Assembly (NCBI GenBank): GCA_963843145.1
Contig: CAWJJC010000023.1
Location: 82,700 to 146,699, forward strand
DNA length: 64,000 nucleotides
Direction of reading: 5' to 3'
Origin: an uncultured delta proteobacterium
GTDB lineage: Bacteria; Desulfobacterota; RBG-13-43-22
Shown here: positions 1-10,778 of the stretch, piece after piece
Numbering within the stretch: position 1 is the stretch's first letter
Layout: each line of letters begins with the position of its first letter
Position numbers and translations under genes: made by a program
Notes under the pieces: model-generated
The model's input: the letters and a program-made list of their open reading frames with translations, nothing else
The model's database searches: none
Told to the model about the DNA's origin: nothing

Positions 1-15
1 GGGGATTTAGAAGTT

Positions 16-2178
16 TTATCGGCCTTTCTCCGCCGATGGCCGGGCGGACTTTCTTATCCCGGGAGAAAACGACATCCTGGTTTTAGGGATCTCGCCTGAG
101 CCTCTCAACGACTGCGGCGACTGGGCCCCCACCAGGATGGACACATCATCCAACAGGAGGGCTGCTGAAAAATCTCCGGTAGGATCAGGGGCGATCTCCG
201 CCTTAAAGGTCAGATCCAAGGCTTTACCCTGAAAATTTGCCGGAATAGCTACCTTTCATTCGTCCAGCCGAAGAGTTCCTGGTTGCAAATCGTAGGTTTT
301 TATAGGGGTAGTGTCCAAGATAAACCTCCCCATAACTCCCTCCAATATTATCGTTGGAGTCGATCCAATACCAATAATCGAGCTCAGTGGCATCCGCGGG
401 AACAGTGATGCGTTGGGTGAGCGTGGCGACCTCAGCAGGATCTCCACCCAACCAGGCGGCATAAATTACCGCTATGATTAGAAATATCATAATCGGATAA
501 ATTGACAATTACAAATTCTTGCCAAGAATTAGCTCGAAGTGATTGCCCAGGTCCCATCCGGCCCGTTTTCAAAATCCCCGTTGCAAACGATTTGCTGGCA
601 GGCGCCTTTATCGTTCAAAACCACCGGCAAATAGACCCAATGGGTGACGGCGGTTTGCGGCGGGGACGGCGGAGGCGTTGGAGGTAACGGCGGAGGACTG
701 GACGTATAGACCACGTAATTGGCCGCATAGCCGATATTGGAAACATTTCTTTTTATTCGCATATAACCGGACTCACCCCAGCCGGTTCCCCAGGAATTCT
801 TCATGATCCAGGTATCGGTGGCATCGTCCCACCCAACCAGCACCACGGCATGGTTGACCTGCCCGGTCTTGCAAACATTTTTTTCATCGCTGGAAAAAAT
901 CCCCGAGCGATAACTGGAGAAGGCCGAACCGGCGCAAACAGCCGCAGCAACCGGCCCGTAGGTGGCGATGGCGTATTTAATGGCTTCCACCGAGGGCACC
1001 CCGTAAGAATTGCCCACATACTTCCAGCTTTCAATCTTCTGGTAATGGGCATGAGGAGGATTGCAGACGCTGTTGCTGGCGGTATAGGGAAAAAGGGTTT
1101 CCAGTACCGATCCCGCTTCGAGTTCACCGGACACCTTTTTGTCCTTGTGATAATCGTGGGCCCACCAGCCGCCATTGCAGCTCCAACCGCTGTCGTTGCA
1201 GGAAAGCAGATATTGCTCGGAAAGATCGGCTAATTCCCCCCCGCTGATCAACAGCTTGGCCTCCAAAGGTGCTACGGTGCCGAAGGCCCAACAGCTCCCG
1301 CAGGATCCCTGATTTTTGACGGGGGAGACATAATTCTGCCCATTCACGCTGCGCCAATCAAAGGAAGACGCCAATTGCAGCGAACCGGAGGCGATTTCCT
1401 CTCCTGGGGTAGTGGTAACCAGGGCTGCCGGGCGCCTCAACGGGGGGTTGGGATTACCTAAGTCGGCCACCAGGGCGATCTCGGGAACTTGAATGGTAGT
1501 CTTTCTTTTAGGGACCTGATCGCCCAACCAGGGCCGGCGGTAGGTAAACTGGACAGAGGTTTCAACATCCTCCAGTCCTTGCAAATAGATAATCTGGGTC
1601 ATGGGGGCACCCAATAGATCACTTTTGGACTCGAAAACGGCATCCCCCTGCTGAAGGACCTGTTGGGCATTCGCAGTCGTGAGTTCCCAGATAAACCCGG
1701 TCGAGGGATTGCTTTCCAAAATCACTGGGATGGACTCCCCTTTTTTGACCCTGCCAATCAGTTCCAGGGCCACCGGGCCATCGGTCAACGGGATGGTCGG
1801 ATCGGCGACGACAAAAATCACTTTTCTAAACTGATCCAACCCCTCGTTTCCCTGGAGAGTGATCGTATAGGTAAAGCCGGCATTTCTTTCCAGACTCCGG
1901 GATAAATGATAGGCTACCCGATGTGGTTGAACCTGTTCCTGGAGGGTTTGTCGAAGCTTCTGAACTATCCCTGATTCCTGCGCAGCCAAGTCCGGGCTGA
2001 AGGTGATGGCAATGTCCGCTTCCCAATCTTGAATCCCGGTTTGAATTAATTCACCAAAGCACTCTCCCGACCCGAAGGAGATCAATGTGATCAAAGTTAA
2101 AGAAAAGAAGAATGCCAACCCGCCCAACAGCCTCTTCAACGGGTTGAAGTTTTCACGAAAGCGATTGAAATTATTCAT
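16..2178 (-). CDS. Secreted papain-family (C1A) cysteine peptidase with an I42/chagasin inhibitor domain and a C-terminal CBM-like beta-sandwich; 3' part frameshifted across ORFs 529..2178, 224..508 and 16..219
   Basis: N-terminal hydrophobic signal. Chagasin loop ESNPSTGFIW. Catalytic motifs QGSCGSCWAF, NHAVVLVGW and WIMKNSWG. Pro-rich linker. NGDFENG...AWLGG...LLLDDVSI continues across the downstream frames. Confidence 0.85.
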
Positions 2179-2233
2179 AGTCGTTTATTAGGTGTAATTC
2201 CTGAGTTGCTTTTCCCTTATTTGCTCAGTACTC

Positions 2234-2260
2234 TTATCGGCATTTCCCGGACAAACTTAA
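2234..2260 (-). promoter_or_regulatory. Sigma28 (FliA)-type promoter upstream of the peptidase
   Basis: Minus strand reads TTAAGTTT-N11-GCCGATAA, against the consensus TAAAGTTT-N11-GCCGATAA. Confidence 0.6.
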
Positions 2261-2542
2261 ATCCTGTCCCGCCTTTTGCGGAGGTGGGATAAACCGCTCG
2301 AAATCGTTCCCCCGATCAGCCGGGTCGGGCTAAAACGAAAAAATTTCCTCACCGCTTTCATTTTATTGTCCGTTTTACCGATAAGGCCGGTAAAGGAGCG
2401 GACCAACTGTCTTTTTACAGAAAATTTGGAAAGTTAAGCAATCCTTGTGGTAGACCGGCGACGGGGTTGCCGCCGGGTTTCCGGCGCGCTTCCGGCCCGG
2501 GCATAATTCAAGACGCCGCCGACTGACGCGAAAGGGGGTACA

Positions 2543-4579
2543 TTGACCAGGCCGGATCATAGAAAAGGAAGAAAAGCCGGATTTTTTCGAATCAGGAGAG
2601 ATAAACCCTCAGCCTTGAATTTCAAGACCGATATATCCGAGCGGAGGCGCTTGGAGAAGGAGCTCAAAAGTTCGGAAAAATTCTATCGAACGTTGATTGA
2701 GAACGCCATCACCGGCGTATATCTGATGGAGCCTGGCCGGTTTATCTTTGTCAATCCGCGCTATTGCGAAATGAGCGGTTATTCTTCCGAGGAATTGCTT
2801 ATCCTGGATCCCTTGTCGCTGATCGCCCCGGACTATCGGGAAGAAATTAAATCCCGGTTGAACAAACGTTTCAGCGGGGAGGAACCCTGGGCCGAATACG
2901 AAACCCGAATGATATGCCGGGATGGCTCTTTTCGGGATATCCTCATCCGGGCCGTTCGGATCGAATATGACGGCCGGCCGATGGTTCTGGGCAATTTTTT
3001 CGACATCAGCAGCCGGAAACAGGCCGAAAGGGCGTTGGAAGAAAAGGAAAAGAAATTTCGTTTGCTCTACGAGGATGCCCCACTGGGATACCAGTCTCTG
3101 GATAAAGAAGGACGGCTGCTGGAAGTCAATAAGGCCTGGCTGGATCTATGGGATTACCGGCGCGATGAAGTCCTCGGCCGCTGGTTCGGGAATTTTCTGA
3201 CCCCGGAATCCCAAAAATTGTTCGCCGCCCGTTTTCCCTGCTCCGAAGGGAATGAAGCCCTTCACGGGGTGGAATTTGAAATTCTGCGTCGTGATGGGTC
3301 CTCCAGGACAATTGCCGTCACCGGACGAAGGAGCTTGGAACGCTCCGGCCAAATGAACCAGACCCATTGCATTATTCAGGATATAACCAATCGAACCCAA
3401 TTCGAACGACAGTTGCGCCAAGTCCAGAAAATGGAAGCCATCGGCACCCTGGCCGGAGGAATAGCTCATGATTTTAATAATCTGCTGGGGGCCATTCTTG
3501 GGTACGCGGATTTGGCCCTCCTGGGCGCCTCCGGCGACTCTTCCCTGCGACACAATCTGGAACAGATTCTCCAAGCCGGATTTCGGGCCAGAGGGTTGAC
3601 TAAACAAATATTAGCCTTCAGCCGGCAATCCGAGCAGGAGCGCAAACCCCTCCGGATCGGTCCGATTATCGAGGAAACCCTCAAGCTAATGAAGGCCTCC
3701 ATCCCTTCCACCATTAAAGTCCAGGCCCTTATTGCTGATGGAGAAGACCTGATCTTCGGAGACCCTACTCAAATCCATCAGGTCATCATGAACTTGTGCA
3801 CCAATGCGGCTCAGTCCATGCGTGACCAGGGGGGGATACTAAACGTGCGTTTGTTTCCCATTGAGATCCCTATAGAAGAGAAACATTGGCATCCCGATTT
3901 GTCAGCGGGCCCTTTTCTTAAGCTGGAAGTTGAAGACACCGGCCAAGGGATAGAGCCCAGATGGCTGGATAAGATTTTTGATCCCTTCTTCACCACTAAA
4001 GACCCCGGTGAGGGCACAGGAATGGGTCTGGCCGTAGTGCACGGGATTGTCAAAAGTCACGGTGGGATAATCGGCGTTGAATCCGAACCCGGGAAAGGCA
4101 GTCTTTTCACCGTTCTTCTCCCGAAAATCCAACACGAAACCCTACCTGAACCTATCGAAGTCAGTCCAATGCCCACTGGGCGGGAGAGGATCTTATTGAT
4201 TGACGATGAGGAGATTTTGGTCGACCTGGGGAAACAAATGCTGGAGTACCTGGGGTACCAGGTCACGACCCGAACCAGCAGCCTGGAGGCCCTGGAATTA
4301 TTCAAGAGCCAGGCCGACCGGTTCGATCTGGTCATAACCGATCACACCATGCCCCAGATGACCGGATTGGACCTGTCCAAGGCCCTGTTGGAGCTCAGGC
4401 CCGGAATCCCCATCCTCCTTTGCACGGGCTTTAGCGAAACCATCACCCCGCAGAAGGTTCAGGCCCTGGGCATTCGGGAATTAGTCATGAAACCGATCGT
4501 CTTTAAAGAATTGGCCGGAATCATCCGCCAGACATTAGACAAATATCAAATTCCGCTCCAACGTTCTTTAGCTCAATAG
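2543..4579 (+). CDS. PAS-PAS hybrid sensor histidine kinase/response regulator
   Basis: Two PAS/PAC repeats, H-box GIAHDFNN, N-box NLCTNA, G-boxes DTGQG/GTGMGL, receiver domain (LLIDDE...DHTMP...KP). Start codon uncertain. Confidence 0.92.
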   Translation: MTRPDHRKGRKAGFFRIRRDKPSALNFKTDISERRRLEKELKSSEKFYRTLIENAITGVYLMEPGRFIFVNPRYCEMSGYSSEELLILDPLSLIAPDYREEIKSRLNKRFSGEEPWAEYETRMICRDGSFRDILIRAVRIEYDGRPMVLGNFFDISSRKQAERALEEKEKKFRLLYEDAPLGYQSLDKEGRLLEVNKAWLDLWDYRRDEVLGRWFGNFLTPESQKLFAARFPCSEGNEALHGVEFEILRRDGSSRTIAVTGRRSLERSGQMNQTHCIIQDITNRTQFERQLRQVQKMEAIGTLAGGIAHDFNNLLGAILGYADLALLGASGDSSLRHNLEQILQAGFRARGLTKQILAFSRQSEQERKPLRIGPIIEETLKLMKASIPSTIKVQALIADGEDLIFGDPTQIHQVIMNLCTNAAQSMRDQGGILNVRLFPIEIPIEEKHWHPDLSAGPFLKLEVEDTGQGIEPRWLDKIFDPFFTTKDPGEGTGMGLAVVHGIVKSHGGIIGVESEPGKGSLFTVLLPKIQHETLPEPIEVSPMPTGRERILLIDDEEILVDLGKQMLEYLGYQVTTRTSSLEALELFKSQADRFDLVITDHTMPQMTGLDLSKALLELRPGIPILLCTGFSETITPQKVQALGIRELVMKPIVFKELAGIIRQTLDKYQIPLQRSLAQ

Positions 4580-4836
4580 ACATCTAATCCGTCAAGTTCT
4601 TGACTTAATCAAGCGTCTGGAAGGCTAGCGGACCAGCCCTTCGAGATTAACCTATTGAAATAAGGATATTATTAAAAATTTAATTTTTGGTACAATTCTT
4701 GAATAAATAGTATTAAGGTCAACGAAAGAAATATCTCCCTCGACTCGACCTTGAATCCCTTCCCTCTTCGGCCTGTCCGTTTGCGGATTGAAATCCCCGG
4801 GCAGGCCCTGCCTTTTGCTGAAAGACAAAAGAGTTT

Positions 4837-5247
4837 TCAGTCAGCGATCAGGTTGAATTCCAGGACTTGGATCTCTCCCGGGTCGAGGGAACCTTTGACC
4901 GGATGCGGACCCAAGCGGACTTTTTTTCCGATGAGTCCCATATCTGCCGTTTCCGGGTCTCTATTCACAATCAACCCCATCACCCAGGGTCCCTGTTCCA
5001 GCTCGACCAGGGCAAGAACATAGGGGGGTTGTTTGCCTTCCGGGGCTACCCGGATGACCGTGAAGGTGCGGATCGCGCCCTCCCCTTTAATCTCCGCCGG
5101 AAACAAGTTTGGCCCTCGGCAGGTTCGGCAGACTCCTTGAGGGGGAACGGTGTAGGTCCCGCAGGATGGGCAGTGCAACCCCAATAATTTTCCCTCCCTC
5201 AGGCCCTGCTGGTATTGCTCAAACGTTAAGGGATATTCCATCTTCAA
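4837..5247 (-). CDS. DUF35 Zn-ribbon/OB-fold protein (thiolase partner)
   Basis: CPSCG...CRTC zinc ribbon followed by OB fold (PYVLALVELEQGP). Overlaps the thiolase stop. Confidence 0.9.
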   Translation of the reverse strand: MKMEYPLTFEQYQQGLREGKLLGLHCPSCGTYTVPPQGVCRTCRGPNLFPAEIKGEGAIRTFTVIRVAPEGKQPPYVLALVELEQGPWVMGLIVNRDPETADMGLIGKKVRLGPHPVKGSLDPGEIQVLEFNLIAD

Positions 5248-6410
5248 CTCCTGAAAATGAGGTTGCAGACTGTTCCGAAATCTCCGCCCAGGGTGTCCAC
5301 CAGCCCCACCCGGGCTCCAGCCACCTGGCGGGCACCACTTTCCCCGCGCAGTTGTTCTACGATCTCCACCACCTGGGCCGCGCCGGTGGCCCCAATCGGA
5401 TGCCCCTTGGCCTTGAGGCCCCCCGAAGGATTAACCACCACCCTGCCCTTGAAGGTCGTCTCCCCTTTAGCCGCCGAGTCATGGGCTTGTCCGAAATCGT
5501 AAAAACCCAAACCCTCCAAGGCCAGGATTTCGGCAATGGTAAAACAATCATGGAGTTCCACCACATCGATATCCCGGGGAGTCAGTCCTGACTGCTCATA
5601 GGCTGCCTGAACCGAGGTTTCCCGGGCCTTGACCCGAGTCAGATCCTGCTGACGGTATAATGGTCCGGCCGAGGCCTGGCCCATCCCGACGATATAAACG
5701 GGTTTTTTCGTCAGCTTCCGGGCCGTCCCGGCCTCCGCGATGACCACCGCCGCCGCGCCGTCAGAAAAAGGGCAGCAATCCAACAACTGCAGGGGATCGG
5801 CCACCATCATTCCGGTCAGCACCGTTTCCGCCTGAATGATTTTCTGAAAATGGGCCTTGGGATTCAGGAATCCGTGGGAATGGTTTTTGACCGCCACCTC
5901 TGCCATGTTCCTCTTTAGAACCTCCAGGGGGATTCCATACTTGTGGGCGTACAGATGGGTAGCCATGGCAAAGACCCCTGGGAAAGTCAGCCCCACCGCC
6001 GACTCGTACTGGGCCTGGCAAGCCATGGCGAAGGTCCGGGTGGCCAGAGGCGTGCCCATTCGGGCGGCCCGTTCGGTACCCCCGGCCAGGACCAGGTCGT
6101 AAACCCCGGAGGCCACCAGCAGGGCCGCATGGCGTATGGCCACTGTAGCCGTGGCACAGGCCGATTCGAAGCGGGTGGCCGGGGCCGATACGGGCAGGCC
6201 TAGCTCCGCGTGGGCAAAGGGCGCCATGTGCAGTTGCCCCTCCTCAAAATCACCCAGACAGTTGCCGAAAAACAGAGCCTGCAACGCCTTGGGTTCCAGG
6301 TTGGATTGTCCAATAGCTTCCAGGCCCGCTTCGGCAAACATCTCCAGATTGCTCTTCCGGGAAATGCCGAATTTGGTCATCGCCGCCCCCACTACTGCAA
6401 CCTCCCTCAT
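5244..6410 (-). CDS. SCP2-type/archaeal-type thiolase (acetyl-CoA C-acyltransferase)
   Basis: ESACATA nucleophile, ELHDCF and GHPIGATG motifs. Confidence 0.92.
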   Translation of the reverse strand: MREVAVVGAAMTKFGISRKSNLEMFAEAGLEAIGQSNLEPKALQALFFGNCLGDFEEGQLHMAPFAHAELGLPVSAPATRFESACATATVAIRHAALLVASGVYDLVLAGGTERAARMGTPLATRTFAMACQAQYESAVGLTFPGVFAMATHLYAHKYGIPLEVLKRNMAEVAVKNHSHGFLNPKAHFQKIIQAETVLTGMMVADPLQLLDCCPFSDGAAAVVIAEAGTARKLTKKPVYIVGMGQASAGPLYRQQDLTRVKARETSVQAAYEQSGLTPRDIDVVELHDCFTIAEILALEGLGFYDFGQAHDSAAKGETTFKGRVVVNPSGGLKAKGHPIGATGAAQVVEIVEQLRGESGARQVAGARVGLVDTLGGDFGTVCNLIFRS

Positions 6411-6465
6411 GCACCCCTCCTATTCATAGTTCCTTTGTCCGGTATTCAACATCCTACGATCGGCT

Positions 6466-7233
6466 TTACTTCGCCCCCATCCTCAATCCGCCGTCCAAAC
6501 GGATCACTTCCCCATTCAATAGGGGGTTTTCAATGATCTGGGCCGCCAGCATGGCGAATTCCACCGGCCGTCCCAAACGTTTCGGGAAAAGGGTCATGTT
6601 GACCAGGGACTCATAGACCTTGGGAGACATGCCGGCCATCATGGGGGTTTCAAACAATCCGGGGGCGATCGTCACGATTCGAATCCCATAGTTGGCGAAC
6701 TCCCTGGCAATAGGCAGGGTCATACCGGCCACCCCTGCCTTGGAGGCGGCGTAAGCCGCCTGACCGAACTGGCCTTCATAGGCTGCGACTGAAGAGGTAT
6801 TTACCATCACGCCCTTTTCACCGTCCTCGTTAGGTTGATTTTTGTTGATCTGCTCGGCGGCCAGGAGGATCACGTTCATGGTGCCGATCAGGTTGATTTG
6901 GATTACCTGATTGAACCGGGCGATGTCCATCGGCCCCTCTTTTCCCAGCACCCTGCCGGGAGTGGCCACACCGGCACAGTTCACCACGAAATGGATAGCC
7001 CCGAAAACTTCCATGGTTTTGGAAATGGCCTCTTTCACGCTGGCCTCATCCGTCACATTGGTTTTACAGAACAGCGCATCTCCACCTAATTCGGAAGCCA
7101 CTTTTTCCCCCCGATCCTGGGCAAAGTCGAGGATCGACGCCTTGGCCCCTTTCCCCATTAAATAGCGCACCGTGGCCTGCCCCAAACCGGAAGCCCCGCC
7201 GCTGACCACGGCTACCCCACCCTTAATCTCCAT
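6466..7233 (-). CDS. SDR, type II 3-hydroxyacyl-CoA dehydrogenase (HSD17B10-like)
   Basis: SGGASGLG, NCAG, YAASK, LPIARE and NGEVIRLDG motifs. Confidence 0.92.
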   Translation of the reverse strand: MEIKGGVAVVSGGASGLGQATVRYLMGKGAKASILDFAQDRGEKVASELGGDALFCKTNVTDEASVKEAISKTMEVFGAIHFVVNCAGVATPGRVLGKEGPMDIARFNQVIQINLIGTMNVILLAAEQINKNQPNEDGEKGVMVNTSSVAAYEGQFGQAAYAASKAGVAGMTLPIAREFANYGIRIVTIAPGLFETPMMAGMSPKVYESLVNMTLFPKRLGRPVEFAMLAAQIIENPLLNGEVIRLDGGLRMGAK

Positions 7234-7320
7234 CTTCTTCCCCCTCTCTTCTGAATTAATGAAATATTATCAAACGTTATTATGAGGTTAGCTTCATTCC
7301 TGGTCCCATGAACCGGGGCT

Positions 7321-7349
7321 ATCATAGTAGGCTTATTTTGACAAGTCAA
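7321..7349 (-). promoter_or_regulatory. Sigma70-type promoter for the SDR-thiolase-DUF35 operon
   Basis: Minus strand reads TTGACT-N17-TATGAT. Confidence 0.55.
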
Positions 7350-7460
7350 GACGTTGCCGACTGGCCGGCGCCTTCGTTTTGACCTTTCGCTGACCTGAGA
7401 AGATCCGCGGTGGAGTGGATGGGGAACGATTTGAGGTGAAGGACAGATTTCAATAAGCGG

Positions 7461-8516
7461 TTAAAAACGAAAAAGGGAGGCCCCCCAGGTAAAACCGGCC
7501 CCAAAAGAGGTAGTCAGAACCAGATCGCCTCGTTTGATCCGATCGGAGCGGACCCCTTCATCCAGGGCCGTGGGAATGGTGGCCGCCGAGGTGTTGCCGT
7601 ACTTCTGAACGGTCAGGATCACCTTTTCCAGGGGGACTTCCATCAGCTTGGCCACGGCCTCGATGATCCGCAGATTGGCCTGGTGGGGAATAAACCAATC
7701 GATCTGCCGGCGGGAGATTCCACCTTCTTCCAGGGCGGCTTTCGAGGCTTCCGCCATGGAACGGACGGCATGTTTGAAGACCTCATGGCCCTTCATCTTT
7801 ACGTATTGGAGTCGCCGGTCGATCATCTCATGGGTCGGCGGGTTGAGCGAGCCGCCACCGGGGACATTCAGGAGTCCCCAAAGGTCGCCATCGGAATAGA
7901 TCCGGGTGGAAAGGAGTTCTCCCTCCCCTTTTCGGGTGAGCTGCCCCAGAACGACCGCTCCAGCCCCGTCTCCAAAAAGCACGCAGGTATTTCGATCCTC
8001 AAAATCGGTTCGGTGCGAAACGATCTCCCCCCCCACCACTAAGACTCGTTGATGGGATCCATCCTGCATAAACTTCTGGGCCACGGCCAGCCCGTATATG
8101 AATCCCGGGCAGGCGGCATTGATATCAAAAGCCACGGCCTTTTTGGCCCCAAGCCGGTGCTGGACTATGCAGCCCGCGGAAGGAGAGGGCATATCCGCCG
8201 TGGAGGTGCCGATAATAATCAGGTCCAGTTCCTTCGGAGAAACGCCCGCCATTTCCAGGGCTTTTTCCGCGGCCGGGACCGCGAGATCGCTCAGGGCCTG
8301 CCCGGGCAGAACCATCCTTCGTTCTTTAATTCCGGTCCGACTGACGATCCATTCGTTGGAGGTATTTACCAGGCCTTCGAAATAAGCGTTGGGGACGACC
8401 CGTTCGGGAATAAAGGATCCTGTCCCCAAAATGCGCACTTTCTTCAATTGAATGTCTTTCCCCCCATCGTCTTTGATGCTTTGAGAATTATTATCATTTG
8501 AAATACTATTTATCAA
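7461..8516 (-). CDS. fabH: 3-oxoacyl-ACP synthase III
   Basis: RTGIKERR, AACPGF, FGDGAGA, PHQAN and GNTSAA (Cys-His-Asn triad). The true start may be downstream of the ORF start. Confidence 0.93.
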   Translation of the reverse strand: MINSISNDNNSQSIKDDGGKDIQLKKVRILGTGSFIPERVVPNAYFEGLVNTSNEWIVSRTGIKERRMVLPGQALSDLAVPAAEKALEMAGVSPKELDLIIIGTSTADMPSPSAGCIVQHRLGAKKAVAFDINAACPGFIYGLAVAQKFMQDGSHQRVLVVGGEIVSHRTDFEDRNTCVLFGDGAGAVVLGQLTRKGEGELLSTRIYSDGDLWGLLNVPGGGSLNPPTHEMIDRRLQYVKMKGHEVFKHAVRSMAEASKAALEEGGISRRQIDWFIPHQANLRIIEAVAKLMEVPLEKVILTVQKYGNTSAATIPTALDEGVRSDRIKRGDLVLTTSFGAGFTWGASLFRF

Positions 8517-8594
8517 ATTATTTTTTTAAGCAAATAAACCCTTTGACAGGGATCCTCCCGGGTTGTTAGATTTAGCGCTCAGGCGGAAATTTTA

Positions 8595-9026
8595 ATGGAA
8601 ATCGGAGGGGATCGTATGACTTGTCATTTACACCACACCCATTTATTTGCTTCGGACCTAAACAAAACTATCCAATTTTATTCGGAATATTTTGACGGTC
8701 GGGTGGTGATGGACCTGGAGATGGCGGGTTCCAGAAATGTTTTCCTGAGCATCGGTCGGGGGAGGCTTCACTTTTATGACCAGGCCCCGAAGAATCCAGT
8801 CCGGGGGAATATCCACCACATAGGTATTCAAACCGACAACCTGGAGGGGATGGTCAAAAAACTCACCGCCGGAGGGGTGCCCTTAAAGAAAGGGATAACG
8901 GACTTTGGATTCTGGAAATACATCACGGTCCTGGCGCCGGACAACGTCCTGATTGAACTTTTTCAGGTCGACAAGACCCAGTTGTCGAAAGAACAGAGCG
9001 CCTATTTTAATCAAGACCATCCTTAA
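8595..9026 (+). CDS. VOC/glyoxalase family protein
   Basis: LHHTHL...HHIGI...PDNVLIELF metal-binding pattern. Confidence 0.85.
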   Translation: MEIGGDRMTCHLHHTHLFASDLNKTIQFYSEYFDGRVVMDLEMAGSRNVFLSIGRGRLHFYDQAPKNPVRGNIHHIGIQTDNLEGMVKKLTAGGVPLKKGITDFGFWKYITVLAPDNVLIELFQVDKTQLSKEQSAYFNQDHP

Positions 9027-9347
9027 AGGCTGTCGGCCTGGTCATAGCGCCGATAGGTCCGCCTTCATCTGTTGATGTATCCGCCCGCGATATTCGTGTA
9101 GACGGCCCGCGGGCCGCCAGCCGACCTGCAGCGACGAGCCGATTCATCCACCTCCACTCATCGTGGACTGATAATTGATGCACCGGAGCCGACCGACACG
9201 GTCAAGAGCCTGAAAATTCCTTTTTAATGGGTCTGGGAGGATTGCGGTCGACCGGCCCGATCAAACGCCCCAAGGCCGGTCCGGCGAAAGCGTATTACAC
9301 CAATTGAAATTATAATCGAAAGGGGAAAGTAAAGCTGAATTGGGCTG

Positions 9348-10035
9348 CTATACCATCAAATATTTCCTCTTGATTTCCTCGTTTGCCTCAAGCTCGGCCA
9401 CTGTACCACTGAAGCGCATGTGCCCGTTGTCGATTACATAGGCACGGCTGATTATCTTTAGGGCCGACCGGATATTCTGCTCAGAAAGCAAAATCGAAAT
9501 GCCAGCTTCTTTCAGCCGCAGGATTTGTTCCTCCAGGTTTTTGACGATGAGCGGGGCCAATCCCTCGGTGGGCTCGTCCAGGAGGAGGAGGTCGGGACTA
9601 CCCATGAGGGCCCTGGCGATGGTCAGCATCTGCTGCTCCCCCCCGACAGATGACCGGCCCGTCTGGTCCCGATCTCCCGGAGGGCCGGAAAAGGTCATAG
9701 ACCCGATCCTTGTTCCACTGGGACGACCGAGAGTGAACGATCTCCAGGTTGTCTTCCACGGACAGGTCGGCGAAGACCCGACGGTCGTCGGGCACATAGC
9801 CGATACCTTTGCGGAAGAGAGCATAGGGCTTTATGCCCCTAAGGTCTTCTCCATTGAACGAGATGGTCCCTTCCTTCGGAGGAGTAAGCCCCATGATGCT
9901 TCGCATGGTGGTGCTCTTGCCGGCGCCATTTCGGCCCAGGAGTCCCACCACCTCTCCCCTGGAGACGGTAAGGGAGATATCGAAAAGGACGTGACTCGAG
10001 CCGTAATAGGTATGGATGTGCTTTACATCAAGCAT
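9348..10035 (-). CDS. livF: Branched-chain amino acid ABC transporter ATPase (LivF-like), frameshifted near 9650-9700
   Basis: Walker A GRNGAGKST in ORF 9598..10035. GGEQQML and LLLDEPTEGL in ORF 9348..9824. Confidence 0.85.
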
Positions 10036-10778
10036 CCGTCGTCCCCTCCCAGATAGGCGTCCTGGACCGCCTGGTTGCAGCGCACTTCCTCGCAGGTACC
10101 CTGGATAATCGTTGCTCCCCTTACCATGACCATGATTCGACTGGCGATGCCGAAGACGATCTCCATGTCATGCTCGCAAAAAAGGATGGTCAGGCCCAGC
10201 TTCTCGGATATGGCCTTGATGAGGGCGATACACCGTGCCGTTTCCTCCGGGGCCATACCGGCCGTGGGCTCGTCAAGGATGAGAAACTCGGGATTCCCCC
10301 CTAGAGCCATGGCGATCTCCAGGACCTTTCGGTCTCCGTGGGAGAGCAATGCGGTGGTGCGGTTTTTCTTTTCTGCCAGTCCAACGTCCGACAGGATGCG
10401 ATGGGTCTCCTCCAAGGCCAGTTTCGAAGAAGGGGTGAACAGATTCCAGGTCTTCCGTTCCCGTGACAAGACGGCCACCTGGACGTTTTCGAAGACCGTC
10501 AGCCGCTGAAAGACATTGACGACCTGAAAGGACCGAGTCAGGCCTTTGCGGCAGACCTTGTGGGGCGGAAGCCCGGTAATGTCTTCGCCTTTGAAAAGGA
10601 TCCGTCCGGAATCGGATTTGATGATACCCGAAATCAGGTTGAAAAGGGTCGTCTTACCGGCCCCGTTGGGACCGATGACAGCCACGATCTCCCCTTGATT
10701 CACCTGCAAGTTAGCCTGGAATACGGCCTGGAACCCGTCGAAGGCTTTCGATAAGGACTCGACACGTAACATACTCAC
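10023..10778 (-). CDS. livG: Branched-chain amino acid ABC transporter ATPase (LivG-like)
   Basis: GPNGAGKTT, LSHG, LDEPTAG, EHDM and AYLG motifs. Confidence 0.92.
   Translation of the reverse strand: MSMLRVESLSKAFDGFQAVFQANLQVNQGEIVAVIGPNGAGKTTLFNLISGIIKSDSGRILFKGEDITGLPPHKVCRKGLTRSFQVVNVFQRLTVFENVQVAVLSRERKTWNLFTPSSKLALEETHRILSDVGLAEKKNRTTALLSHGDRKVLEIAMALGGNPEFLILDEPTAGMAPEETARCIALIKAISEKLGLTILFCEHDMEIVFGIASRIMVMVRGATIIQGTCEEVRCNQAVQDAYLGGDDGCLM

Noticed and set aside
4837-8516. PhlABC-like or thiolase/HMG-CoA synthase complex (FabH-like + thiolase + DUF35)
   Set aside because: The FabH looks canonical and is separated from the thiolase by the SDR gene and a 227-nt gap containing a good sigma70 promoter.
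9030-9340. Possible ncRNA or gene remnant between the VOC gene and livF
   Set aside because: I could not support any convincing stem, repeat or coding motif.
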